A DNA stretch of 64,000 nt from Candidatus Pacearchaeota archaeon (GTDB taxonomy: Archaea; Nanobdellota; Nanobdellia; Pacearchaeales; GW2011-AR1): contig CAXNIJ010000001.1 of assembly GCA_964202455.1 (NCBI GenBank), positions 46,080 to 110,079 on the forward strand. The letters are read 5' to 3'. Shown piece after piece: positions 47,563-57,070 of the stretch. The translations under genes were made by a program, and so were the position numbers. The notes below the pieces were generated by a model. The model ran no database searches and was not told the DNA's origin. It was given only the letters and a program-made list of their open reading frames with translations. Position 1 is the first letter of the stretch. Each line of letters begins with the position of its first letter.

Positions 47563-48177
47563 TCAAACAGAAGGCGCGGAAGTATTTTTCTTTCTTAATA
47601 TAAACCACCCGACCACAATAATCAATAGAACTATAAGTCCAATTCCTCCGATGAAAATCCACGCGCTCAATTTAACTGTATTTTCTGTTGAACTAGTTAC
47701 TTCAGAACTCTCCTTAGAGACAACTTTTGTCTGTTCAGTTAATGAATTCATTCTAAATTCAGCTTTATTAGCTTCAAGTTTAACTAAAGTAATAGATCCA
47801 TCGGGCTGTTTATCTTCTGTAACATCAAGGTTCAATGGTTTATCTGGAGCTAATGTAAATCTAAACATCTTTCCAGATACATTAAGAAAAACTAGTGCAC
47901 GTTCAGCTTGAATTCCTTGAAAAGTCAAAGAGTAGGTGTCTACTCCATTTTTCCAATCTAGCGGTTGCTTTAAGGCAACTGAAAAAGATGCATTATTCAA
48001 TGCTTGCTTTGGGATAGCAAAAAAAGTGGGAGTAGCAGACACAATAGAACAAATTAAAATTATAAAAAATACACTTAAAGAAAAAACTACAACCCCCTTA
48101 CTCATATCCTCTTTCAACATCCACAAAAGAGGTAGTTTCAATTTATAAACCTTCCCGATAAACAGCAAAGTTACCAC
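47563..48177 (-). CDS. Membrane-anchored extracellular protein, hypothetical
   Basis: N-terminal signal/TM, an extracellular domain, and a C-terminal TM anchor with a basic tail (IVVGWFILRKK). Confidence 0.4.
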   Translation of the reverse strand: MVTLLFIGKVYKLKLPLLWMLKEDMSKGVVVFSLSVFFIILICSIVSATPTFFAIPKQALNNASFSVALKQPLDWKNGVDTYSLTFQGIQAERALVFLNVSGKMFRFTLAPDKPLNLDVTEDKQPDGSITLVKLEANKAEFRMNSLTEQTKVVSKESSEVTSSTENTVKLSAWIFIGGIGLIVLLIIVVGWFILRKKNTSAPSV

Positions 48178-48214
48178 AACAATCTATAAATAACGCTCCA
48201 GAGCTTTCTCAAGC

Positions 48215-49369
48215 ATGGCCTTAAAGTTCGCACACATGGGAGATTGTCATTTAGGGGGTTGGAAACAACTCTCTTTAAGACTCTTGAACTCTCAAAGTTT
48301 TCAAAAAGCAATAGACAAATGTATTGCTGAAAAAGTAGATTTCGTAATTATTACAGGGGATCTTTTCGATGCAGCATATCCTCCAATAGAAACGCTTAAA
48401 GAAGCATTTCACGAATTCAAAAGACTTGCTCAAGAGAAAATTCCAGTTTTCTTAATAGCAGGTAGTCACGATTATTCTGCATCAGGTAGGACTTTTCTAG
48501 ATGTTTTAGAAAAAGCAGGATTCTGTAAGAATGTAGGTATTAGTGAAGAAAGAAACGGAAGCATCATGTTGCCCCCAACACTATACAAAAATGTGGCATT
48601 ATATGGCTATCCTGGGAAAAAGACAGGTCTAGAAGTAGAAGATATCGCCAGGATAAAACTTCATGATTCTCCCGGAATGTTCAAAATTCTTTTATTGCAT
48701 ACTGCAATAAGGGATGCAGTCGGAACACTTCCAATTAAAGCAGTGGATCATGAAAAACTTCCACAAGTAGACTATCTTGCCTTATCACATCTTCACGTTC
48801 TTTATCATCGTCAAAACAGAGTTTACTCTGGACCAACATTTCCAAATTCAGTCTCAGAATTAGAAGAATTAAAGTCAGGATATTTTTGTATATTTGACAA
48901 CGGCAGAGTCAGAAGAGAGGAAATAAAAACAAAAGAAGTGCTCTCTCTTAGCTTTATAATCGAAGATGCAAGAGAGGCAGCTCAAAACATAATTACTAAA
49001 TTAGAAAAAGAATTTCTTAAGGATAAAATAGTTATTCTAAAAATATCCGGAATATTGCAAAAAGGAAAAGTCTCAGATATAGATTTTAAATCAATAGAAG
49101 AATACCTCAAAAATAAAGGAGTTTACACTTTTCTTAAGAGCACAAGTAAATTACATCTTCCAGATTCTGAGATAAAAATAGATTTTCAAGATACGGGGAA
49201 CTTAGAAGAACAAATAATGAAAAAGTTCCAAGAAAATAATCCAAGTAAATTTAACTTACAAATACCTTCATTAATGAGTGCATTACAAACGGAAAAACTA
49301 GACGAAGAAAGAGCAACAGTTTTCGAAGATAGGATCTTAACCGAAGTAAGGAGGATTTTTGCTTTATGA
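48215..49369 (+). CDS. mre11: Mre11 DNA double-strand-break repair nuclease
   Basis: Phosphoesterase motifs FAHMGDCHLG, ITGDLFD, GSHD; stop overlaps the rad50 start by 4 nt. Confidence 0.85.
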   Translation: MALKFAHMGDCHLGGWKQLSLRLLNSQSFQKAIDKCIAEKVDFVIITGDLFDAAYPPIETLKEAFHEFKRLAQEKIPVFLIAGSHDYSASGRTFLDVLEKAGFCKNVGISEERNGSIMLPPTLYKNVALYGYPGKKTGLEVEDIARIKLHDSPGMFKILLLHTAIRDAVGTLPIKAVDHEKLPQVDYLALSHLHVLYHRQNRVYSGPTFPNSVSELEELKSGYFCIFDNGRVRREEIKTKEVLSLSFIIEDAREAAQNIITKLEKEFLKDKIVILKISGILQKGKVSDIDFKSIEEYLKNKGVYTFLKSTSKLHLPDSEIKIDFQDTGNLEEQIMKKFQENNPSKFNLQIPSLMSALQTEKLDEERATVFEDRILTEVRRIFAL

Positions 49370-51408
49370 TTTTTAAGAAAATAAGGCTTCAAAATATTCG
49401 AAGCTATGAAAATCAGGAAATAGAATTTCCCCTAGGGTCTTTATTGCTTTCCGGCGATGTAGGTTCAGGAAAAACTTCTTTGCTTATTGCAATAGAATAT
49501 GCGTTATTCGGCTTTCAACCTGGGCAGAATAGCGCAGCACTATTAAGAAACAAATCTCAAACGGGGGGAGTCGAGCTCAATTTCGAAATTGATGGAAAAG
49601 AAATCTGCATTGAAAGAAAACTTCGTAGAGGTTCAAAATCAATAACTAATGAATATGCAGCTATAACAATTAATGATAAAAAATTAGAATGTTCAGTTAC
49701 AGAATTAAAGACTCAAGTTTTAAAACTATTAGGTTATCCCGCAGAGTTTATTAAAAAAAACAATCTCTTATATCGCTACACAATCTATACTCCACAAGAA
49801 CAAATGAAGCAAATTATTGTAGAAGATCCGGAAGCACGTTTAAGCATTCTTCGTCATATTTTCGGAATAGACAAATACAAACTCATTAGAGAAAATACTC
49901 AAAAGGCCATGATTTATCTTAGAGAAGAAACTAAAGAATATCAAGCACTAATAAAAAATTTTGAGCAAGACTTAGAAAGAATAAGAGAAATAGAAGAAAA
50001 CTTAAAAAATTTAGAAAATCAAATAGCGACAAAAGAAGAATCTCTAAAAAAATCTATAGGGGAAAGAAAAGATAAAGAGAATGAAGTCCTGTCTCTAAGA
50101 GAAAAGTCAAAAGAGAAAGAAAAACTAGAAGGGGAGATTGAGAAAGTTAAGGTTCTTGCAAGCTCTAAGGGAGAAGCACTTATTTCTTTAGAAAAAGAAT
50201 ATCAAACTATTAAAAAAACTTTAGCGGAGGCAGCCCCATTTGACGAAGTTTTCTTTCTAGATATTATCAAAAATCTAAATGCAAAAAAAGAAATTCTAAA
50301 AAATCTACAAGAAAGATATATTCAAGTTAAGAGCCAAAATAGGGCGCTCGAACAACAGCAAAACGAAGCAAAAGCAAAAAAAGACAAGATTTTCACCATA
50401 GATATGTGTCCTACCTGCCTTCAAGACGTATCAGAAATACATAAACATAATGTTCTAAATGCAGCAGAACAAACTCTGACAGTAATTCAAAGACAGAAAT
50501 CCACTTTACAAGAAGAAGAAAAGCAAATAATCTATCTTTTAGAACAAGAGCAGAAAGAAATTCAAAATCTTGAACAAAAAAAAGTTGAAAATGAGATTAT
50601 TCGCGTTAATGTGCAATATCTAGATATAGCAAGAAAGAAATCCGCAGAGATATCAAAAATTAAAGATAGCCTCACTGCAGACATCAAATTACTTGAAAGC
50701 CATAGAGAATTAGTTCGTGAAGATCTTTCTCAATTCTCACGTTTTCTTAATCTCTTAAGATCAAAAGAAGATGAACTTCGCCATTCATTTTCAGAAGAAA
50801 AAGGATATGAGATTGGACTCGCAGAGACAAGAAAAGAACAACAGCTTCTCAGACGGGAGTTAGAAAGATTGCAAGAAATATTAAAAGAGAAAGAGAAAAT
50901 TAAGAAAAAACTAACTTACACTTTAGAAGTTATAGAATGGCTAAATGATCATTTCCTTTCACTTATGAATATTACCGAAAGCAGTGTTCTAATAAAATTA
51001 CGTTCAGAATTCTCAAAGCTATTCAGTAAATGGTTTCATATGTTAGCCGGAGATCAATTCGAAGTGCAAATAGATGAGACGTTCACACCAATAATCTTGC
51101 AGGGTGAACACGAAATGGAATATGCATTTCTTTCAGGAGGAGAAAGAACAGCCGTAGCACTAGCATATCGTCTAGCACTCAATCAAACCATTAATTCTCT
51201 TCTTAGTCAAATTAAAACAAAAGATATAATTATTCTAGACGAACCCACAGAAGGTTTTTCTGAGTCACAACTTGAAAGAATGCGTGAAGTCTTAGCAGAA
51301 TTGCAAGTCAAACAACTTATCATAGTCAGTCACGAACAAAAGATAGAGGGTTTTGTAGAACAAGTAATTAAGATAAGAAAAGAAGAAGGCATTTCAATAA
51401 AAGAATAG
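49366..51408 (+). CDS. rad50: Rad50 ATPase (short form, 680 aa)
   Basis: Walker A GDVGSGKTS; coiled coil with zinc hook CPTC (DMCPTCLQD); signature LSGGERT; Walker B IIILDEP. Confidence 0.85.
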   Translation: MIFKKIRLQNIRSYENQEIEFPLGSLLLSGDVGSGKTSLLIAIEYALFGFQPGQNSAALLRNKSQTGGVELNFEIDGKEICIERKLRRGSKSITNEYAAITINDKKLECSVTELKTQVLKLLGYPAEFIKKNNLLYRYTIYTPQEQMKQIIVEDPEARLSILRHIFGIDKYKLIRENTQKAMIYLREETKEYQALIKNFEQDLERIREIEENLKNLENQIATKEESLKKSIGERKDKENEVLSLREKSKEKEKLEGEIEKVKVLASSKGEALISLEKEYQTIKKTLAEAAPFDEVFFLDIIKNLNAKKEILKNLQERYIQVKSQNRALEQQQNEAKAKKDKIFTIDMCPTCLQDVSEIHKHNVLNAAEQTLTVIQRQKSTLQEEEKQIIYLLEQEQKEIQNLEQKKVENEIIRVNVQYLDIARKKSAEISKIKDSLTADIKLLESHRELVREDLSQFSRFLNLLRSKEDELRHSFSEEKGYEIGLAETRKEQQLLRRELERLQEILKEKEKIKKKLTYTLEVIEWLNDHFLSLMNITESSVLIKLRSEFSKLFSKWFHMLAGDQFEVQIDETFTPIILQGEHEMEYAFLSGGERTAVALAYRLALNQTINSLLSQIKTKDIIILDEPTEGFSESQLERMREVLAELQVKQLIIVSHEQKIEGFVEQVIKIRKEEGISIKE

Positions 51409-51490
51409 TCTAAACTCTTCTCACAACTTGCCCAACCAAAAAACTTAAATACTCCTAATAAGTCCAGTTCATAGAGGTTCTACAAAATTT

Positions 51491-52156
51491 ATGAATACGC
51501 TCTCTAGCGATGTTGAAAAAAACATCATGAAATCTGGAACAAGCATTGTCGGCATTGTCTGTAAAGACGGAGTTGTCTTGGCAGGAGACAAACGAACAAC
51601 CGCCGGCGGACAAATCGTCATGTCAAAAAATTCCGACAAAGTAATCAAAATCAACGATTTCATAGCCGTTGCAGGAACCGGAGTTTCTTCCGATATAGAT
51701 CTTTCACAAAGAGTATTTGCAGCAGAGCTTCGTCTTAAAGAACTTAAAACCAAATCTCGTACAACTGTCAAAGAGGCGGCAAATCTTTTCGGCATGATGT
51801 CTTATAGAAATATTCGTACACCTAGCATGATTGCAAGTGTCGTAGGAACTTTAATGGCTGGAGTGAATGAAGACGGCACAAGTGAACTTTACACTATAGA
51901 GCCAGCCGGAGGAGTTTACAAAGTAGATGATTACGATGCAAATTTTGGTTCAGGAATGCCTTACATTTTAGGATTATTAGAAAGACAATTCAAAAAAGAT
52001 ATGTCTGTAAAAGAAGCAGTTGAGCTTGCAAAAGAATGTATTAAATCCGCAATAGAAAGAGATCCCGGTTCAGGAAATGGAATTGATGTTTTTACGATAA
52101 CTAAGGATGGCGTAAAACAAGTGGTCGCAGAGAAAATTACCGTAGAATACAAATAA
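51491..52156 (+). CDS. psmB: 20S proteasome beta subunit
   Basis: Propeptide then catalytic Thr: SG|TSIVGIVCKDGVVLAGDKRTTAG; GSG motif present. Confidence 0.92.
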   Translation: MNTLSSDVEKNIMKSGTSIVGIVCKDGVVLAGDKRTTAGGQIVMSKNSDKVIKINDFIAVAGTGVSSDIDLSQRVFAAELRLKELKTKSRTTVKEAANLFGMMSYRNIRTPSMIASVVGTLMAGVNEDGTSELYTIEPAGGVYKVDDYDANFGSGMPYILGLLERQFKKDMSVKEAVELAKECIKSAIERDPGSGNGIDVFTITKDGVKQVVAEKITVEYK

Positions 52157-52173
52157 GAGTCTAGAACAATCTA

Positions 52174-54054
52174 ATGGCAGATATTTTAAAAAGTATTAAA
52201 GAAGATTTACCAAAAGTAATCACAGATGCAGCATTTGAAGGAGCAAACATAGTTCTTTACACAACAGATAAAGAATTTTTCAAAGAAGGAGAAAGAAAAA
52301 TCAAGGAAGTTGTAGATAAAGTTAAAAAACGTATAGAATTGCGAGCAGAACAATCTATTCTAGCTTCAGAAGAAGATACAGATAAGACTATTCGCGCACT
52401 TGTTCCAGAAGATGCAGAGATAACTCAAGTTATTTTTGATGTACAACGTAGTAGTGTAGTTATTGAGGCAAAGCGCCCCGGATTAGTAATTGGTAAACAA
52501 GGCTCAATCCTCAATGATATAAGGCGAGCTACATTCTGGACGGCTTCTGTAAGAAGAAGTCCTTCAATTCCTAGTAAAATAACTGAAAAAATTCGTTCAG
52601 TTCTTTATGCAAACAATGCATATCGAAAAAAGTTTCTTAATGAAATAGGGAAAAAGATTTACAATGAATGGAGTTCAGAGAAAATGGATATGTGGGTGCG
52701 CCTTACATATTTGGGAAGCGGAAGGCAAGTCGGACGTTCATGTCTTCTTCTTCAAACGCCAAATTCAAAAGTTCTTCTAGATTGCGGAATAAATCCTGCA
52801 ATTTCAGACGGTCCAGATCGTTTTCCATATCTTAATGTTCCAGAAATAGGGGATCTTAATACAATTAATGCAATTATTCTAAGTCACGCCCATACAGACC
52901 ACGCAGGAGTCATTCCTTATCTCTATAAGATGGGATATCGCGGACCAGTATATCTTACAGAGCCAACTCGCGACATTGCAGCACTTCTCGCCTTAGATTT
53001 CATAGGAGTAGCATATAAACAAGCAGCAGCTCCATTATACAAAGCTGAAGATATTAAAGAAATGGTAAGACATTCTATTTCATTAGACTATGGGGAAGTC
53101 ACAGACATTACTCCAGATATTCGTATTACTTTTTACAATGCTGGTCACGTTTTAGGTTCAGCTCAGGTACATATTAACATAGGGAACGGTCTTCATAATT
53201 TAGTTTACGGCGCAGACACAAAATATGGAAAAACTAGACTACTAGATCCAGCAGTAAATAATTTTCCCCGTGTCGAAACTCTAACGATAGAGTCTACTTA
53301 CGGATCCAAAGATGATGTCTTGCCCACTCGTCAGGAAGTGGAAAAAACATTTATAGAAATGGCAAAGAAAACTATAGAACGTAACGGAAAAATTTTAATT
53401 CCAGAGTTAGGTCTAGGACACTCTCAAGAAACCGTTCTCAGAGTAGAAGAGGCAATACGAACAGGAGAATTACCTAAAATTCCAATATATATAGATGGAA
53501 TGATTTGGGATATTACTGCAATTCATACTGCGTATCCAGATTTTCTTTCTGCATCAGTTAGAAATCAAATATACCAAGACAATAATCCCTTTGCATCAGA
53601 TCTTCTCAAAAGAGTTGGTAGTCCCGCAGAACGTAAAGAAGTCATCGAAGGCGGACCATGTATAATCATTGCAACTTCTGGAATGCTTAATGGAGGCGCA
53701 TCTGTAGAATACTTCAAAAATTTGGCAGAGAATCCAAATAATCTTATCGTATTCGGATGTTATCAGGCAATAGGTTCTTTGGGAAGACAACTTCAAGAAG
53801 GAACAAAAGAAGTCTATGTAGATCAATCTAAAATTACTGTTAAAATGCAGGTCGAAGTTCTCAAGGGTTTCTCAGCGCATTCAGGCCGTAATGAACTTTT
53901 GCAATATGTTAGTCGAATGAATCCAAAACCAAAGAAAATCATAATCAATCACGGAGAAGTTTCTAAATCTTTAGATCTTGCTTCAACTCTTTACAAATTA
54001 TGTCATACAGAAACAGTTGTGCCTAGAAATCTCGAGACGATTAGGTTGAAGTAA
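52174..54054 (+). CDS. fttA: aCPSF1/FttA: KH-domain beta-CASP metallo-beta-lactamase ribonuclease (archaeal transcription termination factor)
   Basis: 626 aa; two N-terminal KH domains; MBL motif HAHTDHAG; beta-CASP region; typical archaeal CPSF1 length. Confidence 0.92.
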   Translation: MADILKSIKEDLPKVITDAAFEGANIVLYTTDKEFFKEGERKIKEVVDKVKKRIELRAEQSILASEEDTDKTIRALVPEDAEITQVIFDVQRSSVVIEAKRPGLVIGKQGSILNDIRRATFWTASVRRSPSIPSKITEKIRSVLYANNAYRKKFLNEIGKKIYNEWSSEKMDMWVRLTYLGSGRQVGRSCLLLQTPNSKVLLDCGINPAISDGPDRFPYLNVPEIGDLNTINAIILSHAHTDHAGVIPYLYKMGYRGPVYLTEPTRDIAALLALDFIGVAYKQAAAPLYKAEDIKEMVRHSISLDYGEVTDITPDIRITFYNAGHVLGSAQVHINIGNGLHNLVYGADTKYGKTRLLDPAVNNFPRVETLTIESTYGSKDDVLPTRQEVEKTFIEMAKKTIERNGKILIPELGLGHSQETVLRVEEAIRTGELPKIPIYIDGMIWDITAIHTAYPDFLSASVRNQIYQDNNPFASDLLKRVGSPAERKEVIEGGPCIIIATSGMLNGGASVEYFKNLAENPNNLIVFGCYQAIGSLGRQLQEGTKEVYVDQSKITVKMQVEVLKGFSAHSGRNELLQYVSRMNPKPKKIIINHGEVSKSLDLASTLYKLCHTETVVPRNLETIRLK

Positions 54055-54214
54055 ATATTATAAACTAGATCGTTCTAAAATTCATATGTCTTCAAAAAAA
54101 TTTAGAATATTTGCAGTTCCTACTCAAAGCGGACAAATCTGATCTAGAAAAACTCATAGGCTCGGATGGGCCGATTGCCGCAGTCCATCCACTCATCGAT
54201 TCAGATATGCAAAA

Positions 54215-54400
54215 ATTTGCATGTCGAGGAACTTGAAATAAACTCCAGCCGTCAAGAATTCTTTAATTCTTGAGCGCGCTCAGAACATCAAGAATGCTCT
54301 ACGTTCGCATTCTTGAGTGCGATCAAAAGTCTCTAACTTTTGACGACTAAAAGTTTCTGACGTTTAAGTTGAGGTAGCGCATCGTGTTTTTGATATACTA
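54215..54400. repeat. About 300-bp structured non-coding element, copy 2
   Basis: See copy 1; located between fttA and the presenilin-homologue gene. Confidence 0.6.
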
Positions 54401-54528
54401 CTAAATGCGGACCATATCTAGCCTACCACAATGGGAATGAAATTCCTTATTTTAAAGCACGAGAAGATCTTAATAATTAGTTAAAGTTCAGAACAAACCC
54501 TTAAAAACCTGAATATCTAAAGAGATAT

Positions 54529-55449
54529 GTGAAACACTCTATTAAAATAACTTTTATTCTACTAAGTATGTTTTTAGTAGCCCAATTTATCGGTCTAGGA
54601 GTTAATTATATTTATACGCCACAAGTAGAAACACTGGTAACTCCAGCTGGAACATCTTTTAACGTTACGACTTATAATCTACCTTATGGCGTCGAGCCTC
54701 CAGAAGATAATGAGCCAAAAATGAATTTCTTGTCAATGATAATCGCTTTCATTATGGCAATCGGACTTATGCTTTTATTAATGAAATTCCGTGCAGAGCT
54801 TCTTCTTAGAGGTTGGTTTTTCATAGTCATAACATTTGGTCTTGCAGTTGCATTAAACGCTTTTCTGCTTTCATTTCAATATGCAGCAATAATTGCATTT
54901 TTCATAGCTTTAGTTTTAGCATATCTAAAAGTCTTCAAGAGAAACATCATAGTTCATAATCTTACAGAACTTTTAATTTATCCGGGAGTTAGTGCAATTT
55001 TTGTACCTCTTCTAAATATCTGGACAGTAGTTTTCCTTTTAGTAATAATTTCATTCTATGATATGTATGTAGTCTGGCATTCAGGTTTCATGCAAAAAAT
55101 GGCAAAATTCCAAATGAATAAAGTCAGAGTCTTTTCAGGATTTTTCATTCCATACATAAGAAAAGAAGATAAAGCATTAATCGAAAAAATAAAGAAAGGA
55201 AAGGAAAAGAGTCAGAAAATAAAAGTCAATATTGCTCTTCTTGGCGGAGGCGACGTGGTATTTCCAATGATTCTTGCAGGAGTAGTTTTGCAAGCTTGGG
55301 GACTTATTCCAGCACTAATTATAATACTGGGCGCAACACTCTCTCTAGCACATCTATTTTATATTTCAGAGAAAGGCAAATTCTATCCTGCAATGCCATT
55401 TATTAGCACAGGATGTTTAATTGCATTGGCAATTGCTTCGCTGATTTAG
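54529..55449 (+). CDS. Presenilin/signal-peptide-peptidase homologue (A22 intramembrane aspartyl protease)
   Basis: 9 TM segments; YD motif (SFYDMYVVW), GxGD motif (LGGGDVVFP), PAL motif (IPALIIILG). Confidence 0.7.
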   Translation: MKHSIKITFILLSMFLVAQFIGLGVNYIYTPQVETLVTPAGTSFNVTTYNLPYGVEPPEDNEPKMNFLSMIIAFIMAIGLMLLLMKFRAELLLRGWFFIVITFGLAVALNAFLLSFQYAAIIAFFIALVLAYLKVFKRNIIVHNLTELLIYPGVSAIFVPLLNIWTVVFLLVIISFYDMYVVWHSGFMQKMAKFQMNKVRVFSGFFIPYIRKEDKALIEKIKKGKEKSQKIKVNIALLGGGDVVFPMILAGVVLQAWGLIPALIIILGATLSLAHLFYISEKGKFYPAMPFISTGCLIALAIASLI

Positions 55450-56168
55450 CCAGGTTCCCGATCTCTAGAGAAAGGCAGACGAGTCATAGAATTTTCAATA
55501 ATTTCTTTCAAAGTCTGTTGTTCACATCTCTGAATATCTTTTTTTATCTTATCACCATATTCAATTATATCATATGGAGTAATAACTGTTACATCCCATC
55601 CCCCAGTATAGATATCCTGAGAAGCAGACTTTAAAGCACCATAAGCGAGATCTAGAGCTGTCCCAAGATCAATTTGTCTAGGGGGAAGATATCCTTTGCT
55701 TTGAATGTATGCTGAGGCATGTTTTTCTCCGCTTCCCAGTACCGTCCAGGATCTTTCTTCAACACGTCCCAACGGATAACAAGTCCATAACCGAGGGCTA
55801 TTTTCATATCTTGAAGCAACTAATAATAAGTTTTGTTTTTCATAATCATATTTTTTCCCACCCATTTTTTTAAGATTAAGATCACTTAAAGCAGGGAAAT
55901 TCTCAGATTTCATAGCCTCTTTAAAATCTATTTTTCCTTCTTGAACATTTAGAAGAAACTCAATATACCAAGGGTCATAACTTCCAGCCATACACAATGC
56001 TAAATTTCGTTCATTATCTATGTGAATTTTTTTTACTTCTGTTTTAGTCTGTTGTCTAACCGTAACGTCCCCTCTATTTTCCCATTCAGTCAATGTAGCT
56101 GTAAGGTCTGAAGCAAGAACAACTGCCGGCGTGTTTTTCATAGCCAAAATTCCAACTAATGTAGTCAT
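55446..56168 (-). CDS. Proteasome-like Ntn-hydrolase (divergent beta-subunit/Anbu-like paralogue)
   Basis: MTTLVGI...VVLASD N-terminus with Thr2 and no propeptide; GSG motif (VLGSGEKHASAY); 240 aa. Confidence 0.45.
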   Translation of the reverse strand: MTTLVGILAMKNTPAVVLASDLTATLTEWENRGDVTVRQQTKTEVKKIHIDNERNLALCMAGSYDPWYIEFLLNVQEGKIDFKEAMKSENFPALSDLNLKKMGGKKYDYEKQNLLLVASRYENSPRLWTCYPLGRVEERSWTVLGSGEKHASAYIQSKGYLPPRQIDLGTALDLAYGALKSASQDIYTGGWDVTVITPYDIIEYGDKIKKDIQRCEQQTLKEIIENSMTRLPFSRDREPG

Positions 56169-56272
56169 ACATTACAGGACATAGGCTTTCTTTATAAATC
56201 TTTTCATCTTTTTACCCTTATTAAGTTACAACAAGAGAAAGATTTAAATACCCAATTTGTCGCTATTCAGTC

Positions 56273-57061
56273 ATGATACTTAAACAGGAACTTGTGAAAA
56301 GAATTAAGGAGTATTTTAACCTTAATATCTACGAGACGAAAGTTTGGCTTGCACTTTTAACTAAAGGAATTGCTTCAGCACGTGAAGTTGCAGATTTATC
56401 TGGAGTACCAAGAAGCAGAACTTACGATGTTCTAGAATCTTTAGAAAAGTCAGGGTTCGCAATTACTAAAATTGGAAAACCAGTTAAATATATTGCAGTA
56501 AAACCTACTGAAGTTCTTGAAAAAATGAAATCCAATACTTTTAATGAAGCTCAAGAAAAAATAAAATCTCTTTCAACATTAAAGGAAACTCAAGAATATA
56601 CGGAACTAGAACAACTCCACAAATCTAGTCTCACAATGATAAAATCTGCAGACATAACTGGTTCTCTAAAAGGAAGATCGAATATTTTAGGAAGACTACG
56701 AGAATTGCTTGAAACAGCACAAAATGAAGTAGTTATATGTACTACTATTGCAGATTTCGAAGATAAAAGTAGAGTTTTAGTTCCAGCTCTCCAGAGATTT
56801 TCTAAAAGTAATATCAAAGTAAAATTAGCATTATCTGGAGAAAACGAACAAGTGAAAAAGCTCGGAGCAAAATTAAACATTAAAATTAAAAACGCAGAAA
56901 CCAACGCAAGATTTTTCATTGCAGATAAAAGAGAAGTTCTTTTCATGGTAACACCAGAACAAGCAGAAGAAGAAATGGGTGTTTGGCTTAACTCCGAATT
57001 CTTCACATCTTCACTTGCAAGTATAATTGATTTTTCTCTGAGAAGTTCACCAGCCAATTAA
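56273..57061 (+). CDS. TrmB-family transcriptional regulator
   Basis: N-terminal wHTH YETKVWLALLTKGIASAREVADLSGVPRSRTYDVLESLEKSGF plus a C-terminal TrmB-like domain. Confidence 0.75.
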   Translation: MILKQELVKRIKEYFNLNIYETKVWLALLTKGIASAREVADLSGVPRSRTYDVLESLEKSGFAITKIGKPVKYIAVKPTEVLEKMKSNTFNEAQEKIKSLSTLKETQEYTELEQLHKSSLTMIKSADITGSLKGRSNILGRLRELLETAQNEVVICTTIADFEDKSRVLVPALQRFSKSNIKVKLALSGENEQVKKLGAKLNIKIKNAETNARFFIADKREVLFMVTPEQAEEEMGVWLNSEFFTSSLASIIDFSLRSSPAN

Positions 57062-57070
57062 GCTATTTTT

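Noticed and set aside
51469-51795. 108-aa minus-strand ORF
   Set aside because: Antisense to the conserved proteasome beta subunit.
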